Shown here in pieces: positions 41,039 through 55,153 of a DNA stretch of 64,000 nucleotides (its first letter is position 1; the number at the start of each line of letters is the position of its first letter). The stretch is from Octopus vulgaris (lineage: Eukaryota). Location of the stretch: the NCBI GenBank assembly GCA_951406725.2, contig OX597818.1, positions 32,674,001 through 32,738,000 on the forward strand, given 5' to 3'. The translations under genes were made by a program, and so were the position numbers. A model generated the notes under the pieces. The model had not been told where the DNA came from. It saw nothing but the letters and a program-made list of their open reading frames with translations, and did no database searches.

Positions 41039-41372
41039 CTAACTGGCCCTCCGTCGGTTACGACAACGAGGGTTCCCGTTGATTCGATCAACCGGAACAG
41101 CCTGCTCGTGAAATTAACTTGCAAGTTGCTGAGCATTCCATAGACACCTGTAACCCTGAACGTAGTTCTCCGGGGGATTTAACGTGACACAGAGTGTGAC
41201 AAGGCTGTCCCTTTGAAATACAGGTACTACTCATTTTTGGCTAGCTAAGTGGACCGGAGCAACATGAAAATAAAGTGTTATTCTTCAAGGACATAGCACA
41301 TCGCCGGGAACTCAACTCGCGACCTTGCGACCATGAGCCGAATACCGTAACCACTAAGCCACGCCCTTCCAT
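41039..41372 (-). mobile_element. SINE with a B/E-type head and a third, distinct tail
   Basis: Head GTGGCTTAGTGGTTA..CACTTTATTTTCATGTTGCTCCGGTCCACT. About 12-bp TSD GGAGCATT(A/G)GAA. Confidence 0.82.
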
Positions 41373-42917
41373 GGAGCATTGGAAACACTATAGAAAAAAG
41401 CAATCTACATCCATGTTGTACCATCATACGCTAAATAAACGCTATGGTTCATAGATTCATTATGATAAATATTCTGCAGCAGAACAATATGCTCGAAGAT
41501 TCAAGTAAAAAAGCAATTATGAAGATACTCATCATATGTTTTATTCATAAAAGATGTATCCATGATCATGTGTAAATAACTTTGTCTCAGATCATTAATT
41601 TTGTTCTTGTTTGAAAGATATATTTGGCAATGCATTGCTTGTATGTTATGCAGTAAATGAAGTTCTTTGATTTGCACTTCATATTGTCATTAGCTTTGCC
41701 CTTTTTTTATTGCTGATTTGTATAACTTTACCCCGTTCAATAAAATTACTCTTACTTCAAGAAGGAACTCACATTTCGCTATACGTATTATTTCTTCTTC
41801 CGATGTAAATCTATCATTTAACAAGAAAATTTGAAGATTACACAACCCAACAAGTATTGCCAGGACGTTTTCACTTGATATGCTGAATCCAAAAATGGCA
41901 TCCATTTTTTAAATCATCACGTCTAGTTTTCAAGATACCCAAACCCTCCAGTTTTCACAATTTTCCTTATTTGGTTTTAGAAAAAAAATGCATTTTTTAC
42001 CGGTGAAATTTAGTACAAAGCTTCACAAGTTACAAGATCAGTAAGTATCAACCGAGCCAGAAAATGCCAGAGATGATCCGGATTACTTTCGCACTAGTTT
42101 GTGAGATCCACAGCTATTTGATCAAAATGAACTCAGTGAACTCAGCCTTAGAGATTGGTGGGATTTAAAATTTTGCCTTGCTTTTTAGCTTTTTATACTT
42201 TGTCTTCTAGATACTTTTATTTCTAAAATGAAGTTTAAAGTTCTTCTAATCATCAATCTAGTATAGCTGAATCTATAACTTACTGTATATCTATGCCTAG
42301 TCATATGACCGGATATTTCTTTAGACATCTGAGGTCTGAATATTAGTGTGCATCCGATTCTTGACAAAACAGACCAGTTGAAATAAACTTAATTATCCTC
42401 TGCTGGGTTTCTAAAAATGGAAATTCAATTTCATTCATTTCTGTTGTCAATATGATCGATTTGTAAATGTCATTATTTAATTTTTTGAAATCTTGGGAGT
42501 TCCTCCAAAATATATTTTAAAATAAATAGAAAACAGTCGTGGAGAAAAACTTGCCAATTTTTATTTAAATCACTTTTAAATATAATCTGACAAAATATAA
42601 TCTCGAGCAAGATGTGGAAATTTACTTCTATAAATCACATCAAAATTTCTGCAATAGAAGGGGCTGTTCACATCAAAACTAAGATTTCTCGTACTTCTTC
42701 GGCAATTTAACATAGAAAGTCCATTTCATTTTTGAGGAAACTAGGAACCAATTTGCATAGTGGTTTCAATATGTAGTACCACAGAGGTGCAATTTAAAAT
42801 CTGATGCCTTTGGGTTCTTGAAATATGTCATATAAAAGCCTTTTAGAGTAATGAGTCTAAAGAAGTGATTTTTAAGTTCTCAAACGCAGGATAAGGCTAA
42901 TAATATAGCCTGAACAG

Positions 42918-43135
42918 GATAAGCTACCTCTAATTTGCAGAAAAAAGTGTTGGCGGCATGGGTTCAATTTCCACTCATTTATTTATTCCTTCTATATATT
43001 CCAGAAGGCTTTTTCGTCGCCATATTTGCGACCGTATCAATGGATCTTGACTCTGACCATCCGTTATTGAAGCTGCATTCCTTTTTCAGTGGGGAGATTT
43101 TGATGCAAGATCTTGTTGCGTGTGTGATCATGTGT
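42918..43135. repeat. ~218-bp segment duplicated at 47538-47755
   Basis: Direct comparison shows near identity at an offset of 4620 bp. Confidence 0.92.
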
Positions 43136-43689
43136 GCGCACGCGCCAGTGTGCGTGTGTACCTGTGTATGTATATATGTGTGCATGTATGTATGTATGTT
43201 TGTGTGTATGTGTGTGCATGTAGTATGTATGTACCCTGCATATTCATGTGTTTGTGTGTGTATGTGTGTGCATGCCTGTGTGTTTGTGTATGCATGTGTG
43301 TGTGTGTACCTCTGCTTCCTTGCAGGTGCATGTTTAATTATATCCATGTGTATGAGATTGTGTGTGTACATGCATCTGTTATGCATGCATGTGTGCCTCC
43401 ATATGTGTCTTTGTGTGTATGCATATGTGTGGAGTGTACGTGTATATATGGCCATGTGTTTCTGTCTCCTTTTGTGTGTGTGTGTATGTGTCTGTGTGTT
43501 TATCTGCCAGTACTATACATGTACCTACTTACCTACTAATCTGTCTGCCCATCCTCCTACTTAATACCTGCCCATTTACAAATATACCTATGTATGTATA
43601 CTCTTTGGGTATTGGGGTATCTCAGCCTCCTACGTGTATTTCCTATTTAGTACGGGGGATGTTTTATTTATGAGGACGTACACTTGTAT

Positions 43690-44800
43690 TTGTCAAAGTG
43701 ATGGGTCCTTCGGATGCTTGGATGAAGTGCAGCTGTTAGAGCGACTCAGTATGCCTCCATGTTGATCTTTGACATGTTGATAGTGTATGGAGTACTATTT
43801 CTTGTCATCTTATTCCCTCCAGTGCCCATTTATCCTTTCCGCTATGCTCTTAGAGGTCTCACCAATGTATGTCATGTTTCTGTCCTTACAAACACCTTTT
43901 ATGCGCCGTAAGCTGTACCTTACGTTTCTACTTTTATAGTTAATGCAAGGATTAATCTTACATACTACGCAGTTTTCATTTATGAATTTTCGGTATTCCA
44001 AAAAGTTACTTGTTTTACCTAGAAATTATATTGTTAATAAGTGAAGGCGCATGGCTCAGTGGTTAGAGCGTCGAGCTTACGATCGTGAGGTTGTGAGCTC
44101 GAATCCCGGACCGGGCTGCGTGTTGTGTTCTTGAGCAAGGCACTTTATTTCGCGTTGCGCCAGTTCACTCAGCTGTAGAAATGAGTTGCGACGTCACAGG
44201 TGCCAAGCTGTATCGACCTTTGTCTTTCCCTTCGATAACACTGGTGGCGTGGAGACGAGAGGCCGGTATGCATGGGCGACTGCTGGCCTTCCATAAACAA
44301 CCTTGCCCGGACTTGTGTCTAGGAGGGTAACTTTTTAGGTGCAATCCCATGGTCACTCATGACCGAAGGGGGTCTTTATATTGTTAATCCAAATCCCTTT
44401 CCGTTAATTTACTTTGAAATTTGTTCGTTTCTAGTGCTTTGGGGAGAAAGATGTGTTATTTAATAATATAAATATATAAAGTGTCTCATCCATTATTATA
44501 CTACTCCCCTCGTTTACCAGTTCCTTTAATTATTATCAAGTAATCTCTCTGTAAATTTCCCACTGCCTTTTGTTCTTCCTTAATAATGATTTTATTGTAA
44601 TATTTGATTTTATATTGGTATTATACGATTTCTCTAGGTGTTTATTCCAGTTCATCAGTAGCTATTTATTTTACTTCTAAATTAATAGAGCGGTAAATAC
44701 TAGAGTTAGATTACGTATCGATATTGGTTTCATTGTGTTGGAAAGATGCCTATGGTAAATAGGGATATCAGTTTTGCACACATTTTTAGTTCTTTCTGAA
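43690..44800 (-). pseudogene. Penelope-like element GIY-YIG endonuclease remnant, interrupted by SINE B
   Basis: 43810-44001 gives CVVCKINPCINYKSRNVRYSL..CKDRNMTYIGETSKSIAERINGH, matching the PLE C-x2-C / NVVY / YIGET..R..H pattern. The outer limits are approximate. Confidence 0.72.
44041..44375 (+). mobile_element. SINE family B (full length)
   Basis: 13-bp TSD TTATATTGTTAAT at 44026-44038 and 44376-44388. Paralog of 1830-2160. Confidence 0.93.
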
Positions 44801-45526
44801 TATATGAGACAAAAGTATTGTAACGAATCTCTAGATCTTTGAATTACTGCAGCACTCGGTAAATGATTGCATTCTGTGCTGAGATTCTTTCCTTATGTTT
44901 GTAAACCAAACACACATATACGAACATACACATACACACGCATGTATACTTACATGCGTAGACAAACGTATATACACATGCATACATTCATACATAAATC
45001 CGGTCAAATATTCGTGCATGATAAACACATACGTACGTTCATACTAGTCTACAGACATTCATAAGTGCTTATACCCATACTCACACTCATTTGTGCATAT
45101 GCATTTTGACACACGGACAAACAGCTTCACAAGACATTCATTTATCAATTATTAACAGAGTTTATCTCATATTTCTAAATTCTATTTAGTTTTGTTTACA
45201 AAAATCTTTGCGATTGCAGAATTCAACTGGTAACTTGATGGGAAACTTGATATTTAATAAATGATGTTTAATGTGTTAAGAAACAAGAGAAAGAAAGACA
45301 GTTCCTCAGATTAGTTTGTAAGGCTTTCATTCTCATGATAAATAGACTTAATAATTACTTTCCCTGCCAATGATAAATGGTGCCTTTCTTACTGATTCGT
45401 TTTCAGTTAGGAGGAGAGGCAAAGCCCGTCTTTTGTGGAGTTGTTCCTGTATACACCAATGGCTATCTGCATTTGCACATGTACGAATGAATGTATTCAC
45501 ATGCATACACACATACATAATATACA

Positions 45527-45576
<50 letters not shown>

Positions 45577-45687
45577 CATATATACATATATACATATATA
45601 CACACATACATATATATGTATGATTGGGCAAGTGTGTGTACATATACATATACAAGCATAAACATATACCTACACACACACACACAC

Positions 45688-45746
<59 letters not shown>

Positions 45747-46361
45747 TATATACACACACACATATATATATATATGCATATGTTTGTATATGTTTATGCC
45801 TTCCTTCATTCGCCTTTAGATTTCTGGCCCTCTCATACCTCTCCTCCCCTCTCTCCCCCTCTCTATCTCACTTTCTCTATTTCTCAAATTCCCTTTCACT
45901 TTTCAACAAGAAGTCTTACATCATTAGTTCGCTTCAATTCATTCTTCATATACTCGCCCAGAACCTGAGCAGCAGCATTCCTCCTCTCTCTCTACTCCTC
46001 CGTCTCAAACGGAGGGCAAAGAACCGAATCGTTCGATGTCTTACAATTTGCAACTGTTGATCTCTTCTATGAACCCACCTATTTATCAATAGACTGACTA
46101 TCCATGAAATTCTTTCGCATTCGCTCACACACATATATACATTTTCAATTCGTCATCTTTCTATTCATTCTCACCATTGTTCATCTTCATCTCTTTTACA
46201 TATAAGAATTCCACCACCTTTCCGATATCTCACGACCTCACCTTCCCTGTCTCTCCTTTCTTATATCCATCTCCTCCACCATCTCTCGCTCTCTTTCTCT
46301 CTCTTAGCCATTCTATTTCTTTATTCTCTCATTCATTCATATATATTTCATATTCTTTTCT

Positions 46362-46750
46362 CTTTTTACTCTTTTACTTGTTTCAGTCATTTGACTGTGG
46401 CCATGCTGGAGCACCGCCTTTAGTCGATCAAATCGACCCCCAGGACTTATTCTTTGAAAGCATAGTACTTATTCAATCGGTCGCTTTTTGCCGAACCGCT
46501 AATTTACGGGGACGTAAACACACCAGCATCGGTTGTCAAGCGATGTTGGGGGACAAACAGAGACACACAAACATATACACACACACACATACACATACAT
46601 ATATACGACGGGCTTCTTTCAGTTTCCGTCTACCAAATCCACTCGCAAGGCTTTGGTCGGCCTGAGGCTATAGTAGAAGACACTTACCCAAGGTTCCACG
46701 CAGAGGGACTGAACCCGGAACCACGTGGTTGGTAAGCAAGCTACTTACCA
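46362..46750 (-). mobile_element. SINE family A
   Basis: Reverse complement of the consensus. Confidence 0.92.
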
Positions 46751-48353
46751 TCATTTCATTTACTCTTTTACATGTTGCGGTTGTGTGCAGCACTTATGCC
46801 GGTCATCACCTCGAAGTATAGAATCGAGCAAATCAACTCCACCCATACTTATTCTACTGTCCCCACCCTTTTGCTGAACAGCTAAATTGCGGGTACGTAA
46901 GCAGGTCAACGCAGGTTGTCAAGCGACGTAGGGAGCTCAAATACAAAGTGTGACAGGCTCAGACACACATGCATACATATGTGTGTGTGTGTGTGTGTGT
47001 CTATGTGTGTTCGTGTGCGTGTGTGTGTGTGCGTACGCATGCATGCGTGTGGGTGTGCGCGCATGCATACTTGTGTGTGCGCGCGCGCGTTTTCTGTGTG
47101 TGTGCGTACGCGTGTGTGTACGAGCGTGTGTGTGAGCGCATCAGTGCGTGTGTTTGTGTGTGTGTGTGCGCGCATGCTTTTCGTGTGTGTGTGTGCGCGC
47201 ATGCTTTTCGTGTGTGTGTGTGTGTGTACTATAGTACAAGCTTAGTCTAAATCGTGAGCGTCTGATGATCTGAAGCGTTTCTTCAGTGTCCATGCAAGTT
47301 TTACAGTGTATTTTTCTTTATAGCAATACAACAGGGTGTATAGGTAGTGGCTGAATGATATGGCAGTCCAAATATCTATATTTCTAGATATAACAATCCT
47401 TCACCCGAGTGGGGATCATACCGCATTCTCTGTGGTTGCTATGATTAATCATAAAAGGACAAATATGCCCACTCTGTTTTAAATTGGTACTGTTTCCTTT
47501 TTTTATGTACCCTACATTAAAACTGGTCTACTCTACTGATAAGCTACCCTATTTTGCAGAAAAAATGTGTTGGCGGCATGGGTTCAATTTCCACTCATTT
47601 ATTTATTCCTTCTATCTGTTCCAGAAGGCTTTTTCGTCTCCATATTTGCGACCGTATCAATGGATTTTGACTCTGACCATCCGTTATTGAAGCTGCATTC
47701 CTTTTTCAGTGGGGAAATTTTGATGCAAGATCTTGTTGCGTGTGTAATCATGTGTACACAGCTCCAGGCATACTAATCTACTGGCAAACAGCCCCAGACA
47801 TACTAGCCTTCTGATTCAGAGCTGTAGATACACAAAGACTTCGCCGAGTTGAAGCCAATACCACAAAATTTAAATGCAGTGATTAATCGTATAGATGTCA
47901 GTGGTGCAACCAGGATGTGTAGTACATTCTTTAGTCTAGTTCTGTCCGAAAGGAGATTCTCGTTCTAGTTACAGCGGAAGCTGTGAGCGTGTTCACGGTC
48001 AGAGTACGACAGTCTCTTATACATTTATTAATAGTTGTGTGTAATTCAACATAATGCTAAGGACTGCTATGGAATTTTGTGCTATTATATTTCGGTATGT
48101 ATGTGCACAACGATTGCTAAAGCTGAAAGTGTGAGTGAGAAAGAGAGAGAAAAGAGAGAGAGAGAGAGAGAGAAAATGAGAGAGATAGAGAGAGGGGGAG
48201 AGAAAAAAGAGAAAGATGGTGGAGAGCATGTTTTTAGACTATTCTGGAGTTTTGTCAAGTGAATACATGTTTAATTATTGCTGAAGTGAAATCTGGAAAA
48301 ATGGAACTCTAAATGTTTAGGTGATAACTGGTTTTAGATATTTTTTCCTGCCT

Positions 48354-48600
48354 TTAGCCCTCCAACGCGGAGTATAGGCCACTTATAGTTGAATTCCATG
48401 TCACATAATTTTTCGCTTCTGCACTAATACTCTGCAATGAATGTCCCCCTTTCTCTAGTTCCTTTTGTGTTGATCTCTGCCACGAGTTCTTAGGCCTACC
48501 TCTCTTACTATATCCATCCGGATTCCACTGTAAAGCACTTTTCGCTACATTTGGTGTTTCTTTTCTAATTGTGCTACCAATCCACTTCCACTTTTATTTG
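48354..48600 (-). pseudogene. 3' fragment of an RTE-clade LINE ORF
   Basis: Minus strand gives KWKWIGSTIRKETPNVAKSALQWNPDGYSKRGRPKNSWQRS..EG*, the W.WIGH..R / ALxWNP.G.R.RGRPK.TW motif of RTE elements. Confidence 0.85.
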
Positions 48601-48975
48601 CCTATGTGGTAAACTTGTGTCACCTGTGTCCAACTCGTGATAATATAAACTGTACTGCTTTGTATAACTTGCAATTTATTGTAAGCTTATATTTTGTATA
48701 TTTTGTATATGGAGAGATTTGGTTCAGTTAAGACCATCTTAAACTGCAACAGTTACATAGTAATTTTTGTTCGCCTTTTAAAAATGCTTTGTACGTTTTT
48801 GTTTTTTTTTTGTTGTGGCTATTGCTAGTGCTCTAAGTAAGCTTGTAAACCGTTTTCTGATTCTTTTAAGGTTTTGTTACATTTGTTGTGGGCAAGTAAT
48901 AAAACGTTGTCTATAACTAGTTGTTAAATCTATGTATGGTATATTTATGGTGTTATATTGTATATGGTATACTTA

Positions 48976-49212
48976 ACGCGTCGAGCTGGCAGAAACGTTA
49001 GCACGCTGGGCGAAATACTTAGCGGTATTTCGTCTGCTGTTACGTTCTGAGTTCAAATTCCGCCGAGGTCGACTTTGCCTTTCATCCTTTCGGGGGTCGA
49101 TAATTTAAGTTCCAGTTATGCACTGGGGTCGATATAAACGACTTAATCCTCCATCTGTCTGTCCTTGTTTGTCTCCTCTGTGTTTAGCCCCTTGTATGTA
49201 GTAAAGAAATAG
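48976..49212 (+). mobile_element. Family C SINE monomer
   Basis: Consensus match. 18-bp duplication GGTATATTTATGGTGTTA at 48938 and 49212. Confidence 0.88.
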
Positions 49213-49891
49213 GTATATTTATGGTGTTAAGCGAGAATGTTTGGTGATATTTTTACACTTCCTGGTGTTGTTGGTAGAAAATGGGTTTGGTAAGGCTCTG
49301 TATGAGTCTGCGAGTATTATTTATGAGAACGTGGGTGATAGTGCGGGATGGGGGAGCCTTAAAGAGGGCGATAGAAGGCTGATACTTGTGGTATACCAGT
49401 CGAGAATATGCATGATTTTTCCCTTGCGCTGTTGAAAGACTTTTCAGAGATAGACACATTTTCATCTAAATGTCATCCTATTGTCTTAAAAGGAAGGAAT
49501 ATATCGACAAAAGTAATCCTAAACATGATATACCAAAACAAGAACTGGTTCTTAAAGCAAGATGCCGGTGGAACACTAAACTGTGAGAAGCGTAAATATT
49601 GGTTTCAGATTTCGGCACAAGGTTAACAAGTTCAGGGATAATTGATTACGTTGACCCCAGTGTTCAACTGGTACGTATTTCATCGACCTCCGAAAGGATG
49701 AGAGGCAAAGTCGATCTGAACTCAGAAAGTAAAGACGGAGGAAATACAGCTAAAACATCTTGTACGGAGTTCTAACGCGAATATTACTAATTTGAACAAG
49801 ATTGATGTATAACCAAATAGGATAAATAATCAAAATACTTTAATTAAATTTTATTTCAGATTCAAGAAGTATAGTTGATAACTCTTTATAC

Positions 49892-49941
<50 letters not shown>

Positions 49942-49963
49942 GAAAGCGTAATCAACAATATAT

Positions 49964-50055
<92 letters not shown>

Positions 50056-50080
50056 CATATATATATACATATACATATAC

Positions 50081-50117
<37 letters not shown>

Positions 50118-50124
<7 letters not shown>

Positions 50125-50394
50125 ATCACGTGACCAACCAGACTATCATCGCTGGTCACAATGCGCTTCGCATTGTTTTAGCCTTCAAATGACACCACCC
50201 CACTGGCTAAACGAGCAGGCCAACAGAAGAAAGAGTGAAAGAAAGTCGTGGTGAAAGATTACAGCAGGGAACACCACCCCCTGCAAGAGCCTCGTGGAAC
50301 TTTAGGTGTTTTCGCTCAATAAATACTCACAACGCCCGGTCTGGGAATCGAAACCGCAGTCCGCTGCTCTAATCACTGGGCCATTGCGCCTCCT

Positions 50395-50395
<1 letters not shown>
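50118..50395 (-). mobile_element. SINE family D (CACGTG-tail subfamily)
   Basis: Reverse-complement homolog of 22693-23001. Confidence 0.88.
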
Positions 50396-50485
<90 letters not shown>

Positions 50486-50875
50486 CGTGCGTACGTGTGT
50501 TTACTAACTTGCAATATTTGCAATAAATCAGCAAATTAGTCCAGCAAGATATCATTTTCTATCTTGTCTCCTTTTTATCTATTTCGTTTTCCCCCTCCCC
50601 CTCTCTATCCCCCTCTCTCTCTCTTTATGTAAGGATACACTCACACACATATAAACCCCACATTCTTGAACATATTCATGCTATATATACCGAAGTTACA
50701 TTAACAATCACATGACTCTCATATTCGCAAAGCGATGAATATCATCAACTTTTATCAAGAAGAAAGTAATTCTTATCATTTTCCTTTAATTATCAAAAGA
50801 AGATAAAAGAAACATCTCGAAGTCAATAACTTTAATCACAAAGAGTGGATTTTTAATTGTCATCTGAAAATATCA

Positions 50876-50899
<24 letters not shown>

Positions 50900-50915
<16 letters not shown>

Positions 50916-51760
50916 CATTTATCTACGATAAATGTAATATTTAACGAACCCTAATTGGCCGAAAGGTACCGCGTGGTAAACATTTCCTGTTTAACAAATA
51001 TTTCACATTTATTAGAATTCAAGAATTCTACCTGGTTATCATACAGAGCCTCGCTTAAAAGACGACCAGCGCTAAATTATTTTTGTCAGATGACGCATTA
51101 ATCTAAAAGTTAGTTATCAAGGGTTTCATGTTAATTTCGCTTATAACACATCTCTGACATTGCGGTGGGAAAGGCCTTATTAATAGGGACTTTTCTACAT
51201 TTCATAATGGAAGTGAACGTGAATAACAATAGAGAACTGAATTGTTTTTAATAAAATCACAGTGAACGGTTTATTCATGCCTCATAGTCTTCTTAATCGA
51301 GTGAATCATGTGTAGCTGTTAAGGTTATTAAGAGGCGCTATTGCAGTCATATGTTAGCGAACAGGTTAATCAAATCAGTAATTTTGAATTTGGAATTTAA
51401 TTGACTATATCGTGTACGAAGGGGAAAGTTAATGAGTTTTCTCTTGTAATGTGAAGTTGCAGTGTAGACTGTGTCAACCTTTGGCAATGTTACCTGACAT
51501 CTGAGTCACTAACCAATTAGGCTGTTTTAAATGCAGCCAGTCTGTTCTTATGAAAAACCAATTGAACTGAAGTCATCATACGTTAATTGTCGAGCGTGAA
51601 TCAACATCATCTGTCGACTCGGGGAACAGCTTAAAGAGAACTCTGTGCAGTTCTATCTATCATCACATGTCTACTTAATAATAAAGAGAACGTTCTGCCA
51701 GGATGATGAGGTCGAGAAACCAACTAGCGATGGGGCGGGGTAAGCACTATATATACATAT
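50900..51760. promoter_or_regulatory. Candidate cis-regulatory island
   Basis: Repeat-free unique sequence dense in TAAT/ATTA homeodomain cores, Fox-type GTAAACA (50976) and CSL-type GTGGGAA (51165). Motif-level evidence only. Confidence 0.35.
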
Positions 51761-51921
51761 GTATATATATACATACTTAAATGCTTGCATATATATAAAC
51801 ACGTATACACGTAGATATTGACTCGTATGCACGAACATCTGCAGTTTGCACACACACACACACACACAAATATATATGTATATCAACTGTGTGAATATGT
51901 ATAATTTTATATGTATACACA

Positions 51922-51966
<45 letters not shown>

Positions 51967-52005
51967 TAGATATAAATATATATATACATATACATGTATA
52001 TATAT

Positions 52006-52059
<54 letters not shown>

Positions 52060-52609
52060 GTATATATACATACATATATACATACATATATATATATATA
52101 TATATGCCGCAGGTACACGAGCGTGCGACGTAATAAAGTGAGGCATACTTAAATACATGTAGTGACACCTCCAAAATCACTCACCGCACACCAGACACGC
52201 AAACCTACACATACACACCCATGCTCACTTACACACACACAGAATATACTTGCTTACATCCATCCATACATACATAGCAGCGTTTGGCCAGAATAAATCG
52301 AGACTTTGGACAGCGGTGCCACGCAATACCAATCAATCAATTTCAGTTTTCTTTCGATACGTCTCATTAGTCCTGCAAGGCAATATAGCATTTATCAAAG
52401 TTGACGTACGGCTGCCGGCGCCTATCTTGGCACCAATCAGTCCATTTACAACCATGAACTGATTGATGAAGGAAAATTTCACAAATTTTCTTGAATTCCT
52501 CGCGTCAATTTAATTCTGACATATTTACTAAACATTCTGTGAAATTATCTTTCGCTATGGGATGAGACTAGAAAATGATATGGAATAAAAATAAAGTGAA
52601 GTAAAAAAA

Positions 52610-52627
52610 AATAATAACATCAACTAC

Positions 52628-52715
<88 letters not shown>

Positions 52716-53211
52716 GTGTTGAGAGGCAAAATATAAGGCTAAAAACTGAAAGCGCTATGAGATCTCATTCACAGCTGGCTTCAGCGTTAACAACATTAAC
52801 ACCAACAGCAATAAGAAAATTAACAACTACATGAAAAACAATAAGAACGATGACCATGACGACGACAACAACAGCAACAACAACAGCAACAACAAGTATA
52901 AGAATAATTACTCTAACTATAGGCATCGACGGTGACAGCAAATCTAGCATCAGCAATAAACAGCAGTAATAAGAACGACAGTATTTTTTTTTATAAATTA
53001 TTATTTTTTTTTGTTTAGAAATAAGAACAACTAAATTAACAACTAAACAAATAAAAACAACAACAATAGTAATTATAATAATAATAATAACAATAATGAT
53101 GATATCAATAATAATTATAACAACAACAATAATAATAATGATGATGATGATGATGATGATATGATGCTGATAAATATGATGATGATAATAATAATACTAC
53201 TAATAATAATA

Positions 53212-53244
<33 letters not shown>

Positions 53245-53282
53245 ATGATGATGATTATGATATTCTGATAAAAATAATGATG

Positions 53283-53345
<63 letters not shown>

Positions 53346-53458
53346 TTAATAATGAAGATGATGATGTGGAGGAGGAGGAGGATGATAACAACTTGGAAAA
53401 CAACGGAAAGCGACTTCATGAGTGATAACAATCATAATCTTAAACAATGAGAATGGCC

Positions 53459-53505
<47 letters not shown>

Positions 53506-53951
53506 AACTACAACAACAACAACAACAACAACAAAAATGGCAACTACAATAACGAGAATGACTATAACGCTCCGATAACACAGCAGTATGAGGAAAAAAA
53601 TACAATACAACATATAAAAAATATTATATATGCCCAGTAAACAACGACCAGCATAAACAACAAAGATAAACAACAGAAACAACAACAATAAACTACTACT
53701 ACATTAAGAACAAGAGCAACAACATTCTTCGCAACGAAAGCAACAAAAACGACAACGATGACGAAGATGACAAGAGAAGAGCAGCAACAGCAGCTGCAGC
53801 GGTAGCAGTAGTAGCAGCAGTAGCAGCAGAATTGACATTAACAGCAGAACAACGATGACGACAACAACAACAACACGAGCAACATCAGCAATGAAACATC
53901 ATCAGTTGCAGAAGTGCTACCACCACTACCACTGCCACCAATAACAACAAG

Positions 53952-54019
<68 letters not shown>

Positions 54020-54190
54020 CGACAAAAAAAAGAACAAATAAAAAAATTTAAAAATACTGATGACAAGATCAACCAACAACAGCATAAAGAGCTGCAGTAA
54101 AAAGCGAGAATAACAACAAATACAACGACAGCAACATGAACAGCAACAACAACGCTATCAACGGTAATGGCGAAGGACGACGACAGCTAA
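52610..54190 (+). repeat. Long degenerate trinucleotide field (AAT/AAC/GAT/CAG)
   Basis: Direct reading of the sequence. Confidence 0.9.
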
Positions 54191-54287
54191 ATGATAAAGT
54201 GTAAATTGAAGTCACATTGACATCAATTTTAATCAATTCAAGAAAATTGCATTCTCCATCTTGTTATTTAATATTTAGAAATGAGGA

Positions 54288-55153
54288 AGGCGGCGAGCTG
54301 GCAGAAACGCTAGCACGCTGGGCGAAATGCTTTGCGGAATTTCGTCTGCCGTTACGTTCTGAGTTCAAATTCCGCCGAGGTCGACTTTGCCTTTCATCCT
54401 TTCGGGGTCGATTAAATAGGTACCAGATGCGCACTGGAGTCGATCTAATCGACTGGCGCCCTCCCCCAAAATTTGGGACCCTGTGCCTTGACTAGAAAAG
54501 AATATTTAGAAATAGGAAGGCGGCGAGCTGGCAGAAACGTTAGCACGCCGGGCGAAGTGCTTTGCGGTATTTCATCTGCCGTTATGTTCTGAGTTCAAAT
54601 TCCGCCGAGGTTGACTTTGCCTTTCAGGGTCGATAAATTAAGCACCAGTTACGCACTGGGGTCGGTGTAATCGACTTAATCCTTTTGTCTGTCCTTGTTT
54701 GTCTTCTATAAATTTAGCTCCTTGTGGGCAATAAAGAAATAAGAAATGTTAGCATGCCGGCGAAATGCTTAGTGGTATTTCGGCGAGCCGGCAGAAACGT
54801 TAGCACGCTGGGCGAAATGCGTAGCCGTATTTCGTCTGCCGTTAAGTTCTGAGTTTAAATTCTGCCGAGGTCATCCTTTCAGGGTCGATTAAATAAGTAC
54901 CAGTTACGCACTGGTAATAATCGACTTAATCCGTTTGTCTGTCCTTGTTTGTCCTCTCTGTGTTTAGCCCCTTGTGGGTAGTAAAGAAATAGGTATCTTG
55001 TCTGTCTTTACGTTTCTGAATTCAAATTCCGCCAAGGTCGAATTTGCCATTCATCCTTTCAGGGTCGATAAATTAAGTACCAATTGCGTACTGGGTCGAT
55101 CTAGTCAACTGGCCCTCCCCTAAATTTCGGGCCTTGTACCTAGAGTAGAAAAG
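54288..55153 (+). mobile_element. Family C SINE cluster (monomer plus multimer)
   Basis: Repeated GGCGAGC(T/C)GGCAGAAACG.TAGCACG heads at ~54292, ~54522 and ~54782. Confidence 0.9.

Noticed and set aside
41600-42900. Possible decayed L1/Tx1 RT on the minus strand
   Set aside because: Only faint motif echoes (GGLG-like) are visible; this needs a frameshift-aware tBLASTn or HMM search.
44620-44665. Minus-strand CTGATGA...GAAATCGTA
   Set aside because: Stems I and II do not pair convincingly.
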